Shown here piece by piece: positions 1-33,600 of a stretch of 64,000 nucleotides of DNA. Position 1 is the first letter of the stretch, and each line of letters opens with the position of its first letter. Origin of the DNA: the human T2T-CHM13v2.0 reference genome, Homo sapiens; contig CP068257.2 of the NCBI GenBank assembly GCA_009914755.4, forward strand, positions 8,512,001 to 8,576,000, written 5' to 3'. The position numbers were made by a program, and so were the translations under genes. The notes under the pieces were generated by a model that was given only the letters and a program-made list of their open reading frames with translations, was not told where the DNA came from and ran no database searches.

Positions 1-2565
1 TAGTTATTATATGAAGATATTTCATTAACCACCATAGGCCTCAAAGTGCAGCAAATATCCGCTTGCAGATTCTACAAAAAAGAGTGTTTCAAAACTGCTT
101 AATTGAAAGTAAGGTTCAACTCTGTGAGATGAATGCACACATCACAAAGGAATTTCTCAGAATCCTTCTGCCTAGTTCTTATGTGAAGATATTTCCTTTT
201 CCACCATAGGCCTCAAAGCACTCCAAATGTCCACTTGTAGATACTACAAAAAGGGTGTTTCAAAACTGCTCAATCAAAAGTAAGGTTGAATTCTGTGAGA
301 TGAATTCACACATCACAAAGGAGTTTGTCAGAAAGCTTCTTTCTGGTTTTTATGTGCAGATATTTCCTTTTCCTCCAAAGACCTCAAAGCACTCCAAATG
401 TCCAATTGCAGATGTTACAATAAGAGTGTTTCAGAGCTGCTCAATCAAAAGAAAGGTTCCACTCGGTAAGATGAAAACACACATCACAAAGAAGTTTTTC
501 ATAATGCTTCCATCTAGTTATTATATGAAGATATTTTGTTAACCACCATAGGCCTCAAAGTGCAGCAAATGTCCACTTGCAGATTCTACAAAGAGAGTGT
601 TTCAAAACTGCTCAATCGAAAGTAAGGTTCAACTCTGTGGGATGAATGCACACATAGCAAAGAAATTTCTCAGAATACTTCTGTCTAGTTCTTATGTGAA
701 GATATTTCCTTTTCCACCATATGCCTCTAAGTACACCAAATGTCCACTGGTAGATATTTCAAAAAGGGTGTTTCAAAACTGCTAAATCAAAAGTAAGATT
801 CAACTCAGTGAGATGAATTCACATATCACAAAGAAGGTTGTCAGAATGCTTCTGTCTAGTTTTTATGTGAAGATAATTCTTTTTCCACCATAGGCCTCAA
901 AGCGCTCAAAATGTCCACTTGCAGATTCTACAAAGAGTATTTCAAAACTGCTCAATGAAAAATAAGGTTCAACTCTGTGAGATGAGTGCACACATCACAA
1001 AGAAGTTTGTCAGAATGCTTCTGTCTAGTTTGTATGTGAAGATTTTTCCTTTTCCACCATAGGCCTCAAAGCTCTCCAAATGTCCACTTGCAGATTCTAC
1101 AAAAAGAGTGTTTCAAAGTTGTTCAATCAAAAGAAAAGTTCAACTCTGTGAGATGAATGCACACATCACAAAGAAGTTTCTCAGAATGCATCTGTCTACT
1201 TTTAACCTGAAGATATTTACTTTTCCACCATAGGCCTCAAAGCGCTCCAAATGTCCACTTGCAGACACTACAAAAAGAGTGTTTCAAAACTGCTCAATGA
1301 AAAGTAAGGTTCAACTCTGTGAGATGAATGCACACAACACAAAGAAGTTTGTCAGAATGGTCTGTCTAGTTTTTATGTGAAGATATTTCCTTTTCCACCA
1401 TAGGCCTCATAGTGCTCCAAATGTCCACTTGTAGATTCTACAAAAAGAGTGTTTCAAAGCTTCTCAATGAAAAGCAAGGTTTAACCCTGTGAGACGAATG
1501 CACACATCACAAAGAAGTTTCTCAGCAGGCTTCTGTCTAGTTTTTATGTGAAGACATTTCCTTTTCCTCAATAGGACTCAAAGTCCTCCAATTGCTCACT
1601 TGCAGATTCTACAAAAAGAGTGTTTCAAAATTGCTCAATGAAAAGTAAGGTTCAACTCTGTGAGATGAATGCACACATCACAAAGAAGTTTGTCAGAATG
1701 CTTCTGTCTGGTTTTTATGTGAAGATATTTCCTTTTCCACCATAGGCCTCAAAGCACTCCAAATGTCCACTTGCTGATTCTACAAAAAGAGTGTTTCAAA
1801 GATGATCAATCAAAAGAAAGGTTCGAATCAGTGTGAGATGAATGCACACATCACAAAGAAGTTTCTCAAAATGCTTCTGTCTAGTTATTATATGAATATA
1901 TTTGGTTATCCACTATAGGTCTCAAAGCGCTCCAAATGTCCACTTGCATATACTACAAAAAGAGTGTTTCAAAGCTGTTCAATCAAAACAAAGGTTCACC
2001 TCGGTGAGATGAATGCACATATCACAAAGAAGTTTGTCAGAACGCTCCTGTCTAGTTTTTATGTGAATATATTTCCTTTTTCATCATACGCCTGAAATTG
2101 TTCCAAATATCCACTTGCAGGTGCTACAAAAAGAGTGTTTCCAAACTGTTCAATAAAAAGAAAGGCTCAACTCTGTGAGATGAACACACTCAACACAGGA
2201 GTTTCTCAGAATTCTTTTTTCTCGTTTTTATGTGAAGATATTTCCTTCTCCACCATAGGTCTCAAAATGCTCCAAATGTCCACTTGCAGATTGTACAACA
2301 AGAGTGTTTCAAAACTGTTCAATCAAAAGAAATGTTCAACTCTGTGAGATGAATGCACACATCACAAGGCAGTTTGTCAGAATGCTTCTGTCTAATTTTT
2401 ATGTGAAGATATTTCCTTTTCCACCGTAGTCCTCAAAGCACTCCAATTGTACACTTGTAGAATCTACAAAAAGAGTGTTTTAAAACTGCTCCATCAACAG
2501 AAATGTTCAACTCTGTGAGATGAAGGCACACATCACAAAGAAGTTTGTCAGAATGTTTCTTTCCA
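1..2565 (-). repeat. Alpha satellite, 171-bp monomers, reverse orientation relative to the rest of the array
   Basis: Tandem ~171-bp units reading as the reverse complement of the alphoid consensus (…ttccaccataggcctcaaagcgctccaaatgtccacttgcagattctacaaaaagagtgtttcaaaactgctcaatc…). A ~513-bp (3-monomer) recurrence is visible: 1-240 vs 517-760 are ~90% identical. Confidence 0.96.
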
Positions 2566-2572
2566 GTTCTGA
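2558..2572. other. Orientation-switch (inversion) junction within the alpha satellite
   Basis: Left of ~2565 the monomers are the reverse complement of the consensus (…gaatgtttctttccagtt). Right of it they are forward (ctgaaacacaatttttgtgctatctgcaagtggac…). The join links non-equivalent monomer positions through a shared 'cagtt'. Confidence 0.85.
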
Positions 2573-5500
2573 AACACAATTTTTGTGCTATCTGCAAGTG
2601 GACTTTTGTAGTGCATTGAGGCCTATGGTGGATAAGGAAATATCTTCACATAAAAACTAGACAGAAGCATTCTGACAAATTTCTTTGAGATGTGTGCACT
2701 CATCTCACAGAGTTGAACATTTCTTTCAATTGAGTAATTTGGTAACTCTCTGTAGAATCTGCAACTGGATATTTGGAGCGCTATGAGGCCTATGGTCAAA
2801 AAGGAAGTATCTTCACTTAAGAACTAGACAGAAACATTCTGACAAACTTCTTTGTGATGTGTGCATTCATCTCACAGAGTTGAACCATTCTTTTGATTGA
2901 GCAGTTTTGAAACACTCTTTTTGTAGAATCTGCAAATGGACATTTGGAGGGCTTTGTGACCTATGGTGGAAAAGGAAATATATTCACATAAAAACTATTC
3001 TGAAACATTCTGACAAACTCCTTTGTGATGCGTGCATTCATCTTATGGAGTTGAAACTTCCTTTGCATTGAGCAGTTTTGAAAAACTCTTTTTGTAGAAT
3101 TTGCAAGTGTACACTTGGAGCGCTTTGAGGCCTATTGTCGAAAAGGTAAAAACGTCACATAAAACCTAGACAGGATCATTCTTAGAAAATTCTTACTGAT
3201 GTGATAATTTATCTCACAGAGTTTAATCTTTCTTTCGATTGAGCAGTTGTGAAACACTCTTTGTAGAATTTCCACGTGGACATTTGGCCACTTAGAGGCC
3301 TATGTTGGAAAAGGAAATATCTTCACATTAAAACTAGACAGAAGCTTTCTGAGGTACTTCTTTGTGATGTGTGCATTCATCTCAGAGAGTTGAACCTTTC
3401 CTATGAATGAGCAGTTTGGAAAAACTCTTTTTGTAGAATCTGCAATAGGACATTTGGAGCGCTTTGCAGCCTATGTTGGAAAAGGAATCATCTCACATAA
3501 AAACTAGACAGAAGCAACCTGACAAACTTCTTTGTGATGTCTGCATTCATCTCAAATGGTTGAACCTTACATTCGATTGAGCAGTTTTGAAACACTCATT
3601 TTGTAGAATCTGCAATTGGTCATTTGGAGCGCTTTGAGGCCTATGATGCAAAACGAAATATCTTCACATATTAACTAGACAGAAGCATTCTGAGAAACTT
3701 CTTTGTGATGTGTGCATTCCTCTCACAGAGCTGAATATTTCTTTTGATTGAGCAGCTTTGAAACACTCTTTTTGTAGAATCTGCAAGTGGACATTTGCTG
3801 CGCTTTGCAAACTATGGTGGAAAAGGGAATATCTTCACATAAAAACTAGACTGAATCATTCTGAGAAAATACTTTGTGATGTGTGCATTCATCTCATAGA
3901 GTTGAACATTGCTTGTGATTGAGCAGTTTTGAAACACACTTTTTGTACTATCTGGAAGTAGATATTTGGAGTGCTTTGAGGCCTATGGTGGAGAAGGAAA
4001 TATCTTCGCATAAAAACCAGACAGAAACATTCTGACAAATTCCTTTGAGATGTGTGCATTTATCTCACAGAGTTGAAACTTTCCTTTGATTGAGTAGTTT
4101 GGAAACCCTCTTTTTGTAGAATTGGCAAGTGGACATTTGAGTGCTTTGAGGCCTATGGTGGAAAAAGAAAGATCTTCAATTAAAAATTAGACAGAAGCAT
4201 TCTGAGAGATTTCTTTGGGATGTGTGCATTCATGTCACAGAGTTGAAATTTTCTTTTGATTGAACAGTTTTGAAACACTCTTTTTGTAAAATCTGCAACT
4301 GGACATTTGGAGCACTTTGAGGACTATGATGGAAAAGGAAATATCTTCACATAAAAACTAAACATAAGCATAATGAGAAACTTCTTTGTGATGTGTGCAT
4401 TCATCTCACAGAGTTGAACTTTTCTTTTGTTTGAGCAGCTTAAAAACACTCTTTTTGTAGAATCTGCAAGTGAACTTTTGGAGTGCTTTGAGGCCTATGG
4501 TGGAAAAGGAAATATCTTCACATAAAAACTATGGAGAAAGATTCTGACAAACTTCGTCATAATGGGTGCATTCATCTTATGGAGTTGAAAATTAGTTTTG
4601 AATGACCAATTTGAAACACTGTTTTTGTAGAATCTGCACACAGACATTTGGAGCACTTTGAGGCCTATGGTGGAAAATGAAATATCTTCACATAAAAACT
4701 AGAAAGAAGCATTCTGAAAAAATTTTGTGATGTGTGCATTCATCTCACAGAGTTGGGCCTTTCTTTTGATTGAGCAGTTTTGAAACACTGTTTCTGTAGA
4801 ATCTGCAAGCGGACATGTGGAGCGCTTTGAGGCCAATGGTGGAAAAGGAATATCTTCACATAAAAACTACTCAGAAGCATTCTGTCAAACTTATTTGTGA
4901 TGTGTGCATTCATATCACAGTGTTGAACCTTACTTTTCATTGAGCAGTTTTGAAACACTCTTTTTGTAGAATCTGCAAGTAGACATTTGGAGCACCTTGA
5001 TTCCTATGGTGGATAACGAAATATCTTCCTTTAATAACTAGACAGAAGCATGGTGAGAAATTTCTTTGTGATGTGTGCATTCATCCCACAGAGTTGAACC
5101 TTTCTTTAGATTGAGCAGCTTTGAAACACTCTTTTTGTAGGATCTGCAAGTGGTCATTTGGAACACTTTGAGGCCTATGGTGGAAAAGGAAATATCTTCA
5201 GATAAAAACTAGACAGAAGCATTCTACCAAACTTCTTTGTGATGTGTGCATTCATCTCACAGAATTGAATCTTACTTTTGATTGAGGAGTTTTGAAAGAC
5301 GCTTTTTGTACTATTTGCAAGTGGACATTTGGAGTGATTTGAAGCCTATGGTGGAAAAGGAAATATCTTCACATGAGAACTAGACAGAAGCATCTTGACA
5401 AATTTCTTCATCATGTGTGCATTCATCTCACAAAGTTGAATCTTACTTTTCATTGAGCAGTTTTAAAACACTGTTATTGTAGAATTTGCAAGTGGACATT

Positions 5501-7450
5501 TAGAGCACTGTGAGACCAATGGTGGAAAAGGAAAAATCTTCACATTAAAACTAGACAGAAGCATTGTGACAAACTTCTTTGTGATGTGTGCATTCATCTC
5601 ACAGAGTTGAAACTTTATTTTGATTGACCAGCTTTCATACTCTCCTTTTGTAGAATCTGGATGTGGACATTTTGAGCACTTTGAGGCCCATGGTGGAAAG
5701 GGTAATATCTTCACATAAAAACCAGACAGAAGCATTCTGACAAACTTCTTTTTGATGTGTGCATTCATCTCACAGAGTTGAACTTTCTTTTGATCGAGCA
5801 GCTTTGAAACACTCTTTTTGTAGAATCCGCAAGTGGACATTTGGAGCGCTTTTTGGTGTCTGGTGGAAAAATAAGTATCTTTACGTAATAACTAGAGAGA
5901 AGCATTCTGACACACTTCTTTGAGATGTGTGCATTCATCTCACAGAGTTGAACCTTTCTTTTGATTGTGCAGTTTTGAAACAATGTTTTTGTAGAATCTG
6001 CAAGTGGACATTTGGAGCGCTTTGAGGCCTATGGTGGAAAAGGAAATGTCTTCACATAAAAACTAGACAGAAGCATTCTGACAAACTTCTTTGTGACGTG
6101 TGCATTCATCTCACAGAGTTGAAACTTTCCTTTGATTGAGCAGCTTTAAGCACCCTTTTTGTAGAATCTGCGAGTGGACTTTTGAAGCTCTTTGAAGCCT
6201 ATGGTGAAAAAAGGAAAATCTTCACATAAAAACTAGACACAAGAATTCTGACAAACTTCTTTGTGATTTCTTTATTCATCTCAGAGAGGTGACCCTTACT
6301 TTTGATTGAGCAGATTTGAAACACTTTTTTTGTAGAATCTGGAAGTGGACATTTGGGGCGCTTTGAGGCCTATGGTGGAAACGGAAATATCTTCACATAA
6401 AAACCAGGCAGAAGCATTCTGACAAACTTCTTTGTGATGTGTGCATTCATCTCACCAAGTTGAACATTTCTTTTGATTCAGCAGCTTTGAAACACTCTTT
6501 TTTTTTTTGAATCTGCAAGTGGACATTCGGAGCGCTTTGTGTCCTATGGTGGAAAAGGATATATCATCACATAAAAACTAGATAGAAGCATTCTGACAAA
6601 CTTGTCTGTGATGTGTGCATTCATCTCACAGAGTTGACCCTTACTTTTCATTGTGGAGTTTTGAAACACTGTTTTTGTAGAATCTGCAAGTGGATATTTG
6701 GAGTGCTTTGAGGCCTACAGTGTAAAAGGAAATATCTTCACAAAAAAACTAGACAGAAGCATTCTGACAATCTTATTTGTGATGTGTGCAATCATCTCAC
6801 AGAGATTAACCTTCCTTTCGATTGAGCAGCTTTGAATCACTCTTTTTGTAGAATCTGCAAGTGGATATTTTGAGCGCTTTGAGGCTTATGGTGGAAAAGG
6901 AAATACCTTCACATAAAAACTAGACAGAAGGATTCTGACAAAATTCTTTGTGATGTGTGCATTCATCAGAGAGTTGAACCTTACTTTTCATTTAGCAGTT
7001 TTGAAACACTCTTTTTGTAGAATCTGCAAGTGTACATTTGGGGCGCTTTAAGGCCTTTATTGGAAAAGGAAATATCTTCTTATAAAAACTATACAGAAGC
7101 ATTCGGACAAAATTTGTGACGTGCGTTTTCATCTCACAGAGTTAAAACTTTCTTTTGATTCAGCAGTTTTTAAACACCCTTTTTGTAGGATCTGCTAGGG
7201 GACATTTGGAGCGATTTGAGGCCTATGGTGGAAAAGGAATTATCTTCACATAACAACTAGACAAAAGAATTCTGAGAAACTTCTCTGCGATGTGTGTGTT
7301 CATGTCACTGAGTTGAACCTTTCTTTTGATTGAGCAGTTTGGAATCTCTTTTTGTAGAATCAGCAAGTGGACATTTGGAGGTCTTTGCGGCTATGGTAGA
7401 AAAGGATATATCGTCACATAAAATCTAGACAGAAGCAATCGGATAAACTT
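2566..7450 (+). repeat. Alpha satellite, forward orientation
   Basis: Monomers match the alphoid consensus (…cattctgagaaacttctttgtgatgtgtgcattcatctcacagagttgaac…gcagttttgaaacactctttttgtagaatctgcaagtggacatttggagcgctttgaggcctatggtggaaaaggaaatatcttcacataaaaactagacagaag). Confidence 0.96.
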
Positions 7451-7668
7451 GTTTTATTATTATTATTATGCTTTAAGTTTTAGGGTACATGTGCACAAAC
7501 TGCAGGTTACTTACATATGTATACATGTGCCATGCTGGTGAGCTACACCCACTAACTCGTCATCTAGCATTAGGTATATCTCCTAATGCTATCACTCTCG
7601 CCTCCTCACAACCTGCAACAGTCCCCAGAGTGTGATGTTCCCCTTCCTGTGTCCATGTGTTCTCATTG

Positions 7669-8233
7669 TTCAATTCCCACTTATGAGTGAGAATATGCTT
7701 TGTTTGTTTTTTTTGTTTTTGCGATAGTTTACTGAGAATGATGATTTCCAGTTTCATCCATGTCCCTACAAAGGACATGAACTCATCATTTTTTATGGCT
7801 GCATAGTATTCCATGGTGTATATGTGCCACATTTTCTTAATCCAGTCTATCATTGTTGGACATTTGGGTTGGTTCCAAGTCTTTGCTATTGTGAATAGTG
7901 CCACAATAAACATACGTGAGCATGTGTCTTTATAGCAGCATGATTTACAGTTCTTTGGGTATATACCCAGTAATGGGATGGCTGGGTCAAATGGGATTTC
8001 TAGTTCTAGATCCCTGAGGAATCGCCACACTGACTTTCACAATGGTTGAACTAGTTTACAGTCCCACCAACAGTGTAAAAGTGTTCCTATTTCTCCACAT
8101 CCTCTCCAGCACCTGTTGTTTCCTGACTTTTTAATGATTGTCATTCTAACTGGTGTGAGATAATATCTCACTGTGGATTTGATTTGCATTTCTCTGATGG
8201 CCAGTGATGGTGAGCATTTTTTCATGTGTTTTT
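7669..8233 (-). pseudogene. L1 ORF2 C-terminal fragment (direct 3' segment of the twin-primed element)
   Basis: Minus-strand ORFs 7560..8030 and 8037..8225 translate to [28 protein letters not shown]…CWRGCGE…[10 protein letters not shown] and …[25 protein letters not shown]…[32 protein letters not shown], which is the canonical ORF2 C-domain. The stop (rc 'tca') is at 7669-7671. Confidence 0.9.
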
Positions 8234-23393
<15,160 letters not shown>

Positions 23394-24280
23394 ACAAATT
23401 TACAAGAAAACAACAAACAACCCCATCTAAAAGTCGGCGAAGGACATGAACAGACACTTCTCAAAAGAAGACATTTATGCAGCCAAAAAACACATGAAAA
23501 AATGCTCATCATCACTGGCCATCAGAGAAATGCAAATCAAAACCACAATGAGATACCATCTCACACCAGTTAGAATGGCAATCATTAAAAAATCAGGAAA
23601 CAACAGGTGCTGGAGAGGATGTGGAGAAATAGGAACAATTTTACACTGTTGGTGGGACTGTAAACTAGTTCAACCATTGTGGAAGTCAGTGGGACGATTC
23701 CTCAGGGATCTAGAACTGGAAATACCATTTGACCCAGCCATCCCCTTACTAGGTATATGCCCAAAGGACTACAAATCATGCTGCTACAAAGACACATGCA
23801 CACGTATGTTTATTGCCGCACTATTCACAATAGCAAAGACTTGGAACCAACCCAAATGTCCAACAATGTTAGACTGGATTAAGAGAATGTGGCATGTGTA
23901 CACCATGGAATACTATGCAGCCATAAAAAATGATGAGTTCATGTCCTTTGTAGGGACATGGATGAAATTGAAAATCATCATTCTCAGTAAACTATCACAG
24001 AACAAAAAACCAAACACCGCATATTCTCACTCATAAGTGGGAATTGAACAATGAGAACACATGGACACAGGAAGGGGAACATCACACTCTGGGGACGGTT
24101 GTGTGGTGGGGGAGGGGGGAAGGATAGCATTGGGAGATATATCTAATGCTAGATGACGAGTTAGTGGGTGCAGCACACCAGCATGGCACATGTATACATA
24201 TGTAACTAACCTGAACAATGTGCACATGTACCCTAAAACTTAAAGGATAATAATAAAAAAATAAAAATAATAAAAAAAAA
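23394..24280 (+). mobile_element. L1 3' fragment (ORF2 C-terminus, 3'UTR and A-rich tail), ~0.9 kb, 5'-truncated
   Basis: …caaatttacaagaaaacaacaaacaaccccatctaaaagtcggcgaaggacatgaacagacacttctcaaaagaagacatttatgcagcc… ORF 23446..24036 translates to [60 protein letters not shown]… The 3'UTR (…gtaccctaaaacttaaagg) and tail (ataataataaaaaaataaaaataataaaaaaaaa) follow, then alpha satellite resumes at 'ctagacagaa'. Confidence 0.93.
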
Positions 24281-30624
<6,344 letters not shown>

Positions 30625-33600
30625 CTACACAGAAGAATTATGAGAAACTTTTTCATGATGTGTACATTCAACTCACAGCGTTGAACCTATCTTTTTATTG
30701 AACAGTTTTGAAACTCTCTTTTTCTACAATCTGGAAGTGGATATTTGGAGCCCTCTAAGGCCTACGTTGGAAAAGGAAATATCTTCACATAAAAACTACA
30801 CAAAAGCATTCTGAGAAACTTCTTTGTGATGAGTGCATTCATCACCCAGGGTTGAACCTTTCTTTTGATTGAGCAGTTTTAAAACACTCTTTATGTAGTA
30901 TCTGAAAGTGGATATTTGGAGTGATTTGAGGCCTATTTTGGAAAAGGAAATATCTTCACATAAAATCTACACAGAAGCATTCTGAGAAACTTCTTTGTGA
31001 TATGTGCATTCAGCTCACAGAGTTGAACCTATCTTTTGAGTGAGCAGTTTTGAAACTCTCTTTTTGTAGAATCTGCAAGTGGATATTTGGAGCCCTTTGT
31101 GGCCTATGGTGGAAAAGGAAATATGTTCATAAAAAAACTACACAGAAGGATTCTGAGAAACTTTTTTGTGATGTGTGCATTCATCTCACAGAGTTGAAAC
31201 TTTCTTTTGATTGAGCAGTTTTAAAACCCTCTTTTTGTAGAATCTCCAAGTGGGTATTTGGGGGGCTTTGAGGCCTATTGTGAAAAGGAAATATCTTCAC
31301 ACAAAAAATACACAGAAGCATTCTGAGAAACTACTTTGTGTTATGTGCATTCACCTCACAGAGTTGAACCTTGCTTTTGATTGAGCAGTTTGGAAACACT
31401 CTTTTTGTAGAATCTACAGGTAGATATTTGGAGTGCTTTGACGCCTATTGTGGAAAAGCATGTATCTTCACATAAAAACTACACAGAAGCATTCTGAGAA
31501 ACTTCTTTGTGATGTGTGCATTCAACTCACACAATTGAACCTATCTTTTGATTGAGCAGTTTTGAATCTCTCTTTTTGTAGAATCTGGAATTGGATATTT
31601 GGAGCGCTTTGAGGTCTTTTGTGGAAAATGAAGTATCTTCATCAAAAACTACACAGAATCATTCTGAGATACTTCATTTTGATGTGTGCATTCATCTCAC
31701 AGAGTGGAACCTTTCTTGTGATTCAGCAGTTTTATAACATGCTTTTAGTCGAATATGCAAGTGGATATATGGGGTGCTTTGATGCCTATTGTGGAAAACA
31801 AAATATCTTCACATGAAAACTACACAGAAGCATTCTGAGAAACTGCTTTTTGATGTGGGCATTCTTCTCACAGAGTTGAACCTTTGCTTTGATTGAGCAG
31901 TTTTGAAAAACGCTTTTTGTGGTATCTGCAAGTAGATATTTGGAGCGCTTTGAGGCCAATTGTGGAAAAGGAAATATCTTCACATAAAAACTACACAGAA
32001 ACATTCTGAGAAACTTCTTTGCGATGTGTGCATTCCTCCCACAGAGTTGAACAATTCTTTTCATTGAGCAGTTTTGTAACAATCTTTTTTAGAATCTGCA
32101 AATGGATAATTGGAAAGCTTTGAGGCCTATTATGGAAAAGGAAATTTCTTCACATAGAAACTACACAGTAGAATTCTGAGAAACTTCTTTGTGATGTGTG
32201 CATTCAACTCACAGAGTTAAATCTTTCTTTTGATTAACCAGTTTGGAAACATTCTTTTTGTAGAATCTCCAAGTGGATATTTGGAGCCTTTTGCAGCCTA
32301 CGGTGGAAAAGGAAATATTTTCACATAAAAACTACACAGAACCATTTGGAGAAACTTCTTTGTGGTGTGTGCATTCATCTGACACAGTTGAACCTTTCTT
32401 TTGATTGAGCAGTTTTGAAACACTCTTTTGTAGAATCTGCAAGTGGATATTTGGAACACTTTGATGGCTATTGTGTAAAAGGAAATATCTTCACATAAAA
32501 ACTACACAGGAACATTCAGAAAACTTTCTTTTGATGTGTGCATTCATCTCACAGAGTTGAACCTTTCTTTTGAATGAGCAGTTTTGAAACACTCTTTTTG
32601 TAGAATCTGCAGGTGGATATTTGCAGCGCTGTGAGGCGTACTGAGGAAAAGGAAATTTTCACATAAAAAATACACAGAAGCATTCTTAGAAACTTATTTG
32701 TGATGTGTGCATTCAACTCACGGAGTTGAACCTATCTTTTGATGAGCAGTTTTGAAACTCTCTTTTTTTGGAATCTGCATGTGGATATTTGGAGCGCTTT
32801 GGGGCCTATGGTGTAAAAGGAAATATCTTCACATAAAAGCTACACAGAAGCATTCTGAGAAACTTCTTTGTGATGTGTGCATTCAACTCACAGAGTTGTA
32901 CTTATCTTTTTATTGAGGAGTTTTGAAACTCTCTTTTTGTAGAATCTGCAAGTGGATAGTTAAAGCCCATTGCAGCCTGTGGTGGAAAAGGAAATATCTT
33001 CAGATAAAAAATACACAGAAGCATTCTGAGAACTTTATTTGCGATGTGTGCATTCATCTCACAGATTTGAACCTTTCTTTTGATTGAGCAGTTTTGAAAC
33101 ACTCTTTCTATAGTATCTGCTAGTGGATATTTGGAGCGCTTTGAGGGCAATCGTGGAAAAGTAAATATCTTCACATAAAAACTACACAGAAACATTCAGA
33201 AAACTTTCTTTTGATGTGTGCATTCATCTCACAGAGTTGAAACTTTCTTTTGATTGAGCAGTTTTGAAACACTCTTTTTGTAGAATCTGCAAGTGGATAT
33301 TTGCAGCGCTTTGAGGACTATTGTGAAAAAGGAAATATCTTCACATGAAAACTACCTAGAAGCATTCTCAGAAATGTCTTTTGACGGGTGCATTCATCTC
33401 AAAGAGTGCTTTGCGGCCCATTGTGGAAAACAAAATATCGTCACATAATAACTACACAGAAGCATTCTGAGAAACTTCTTTGTGATTTGTGCATTCATCT
33501 CACAGAGTTGTAACTTTCTTTTGATAGAGCAGTTTGGAAGCACTCTTTTAGTATAATCTACAAGAGGATATTTAGAACACTTTGAGGCCTATTGTGGAAA

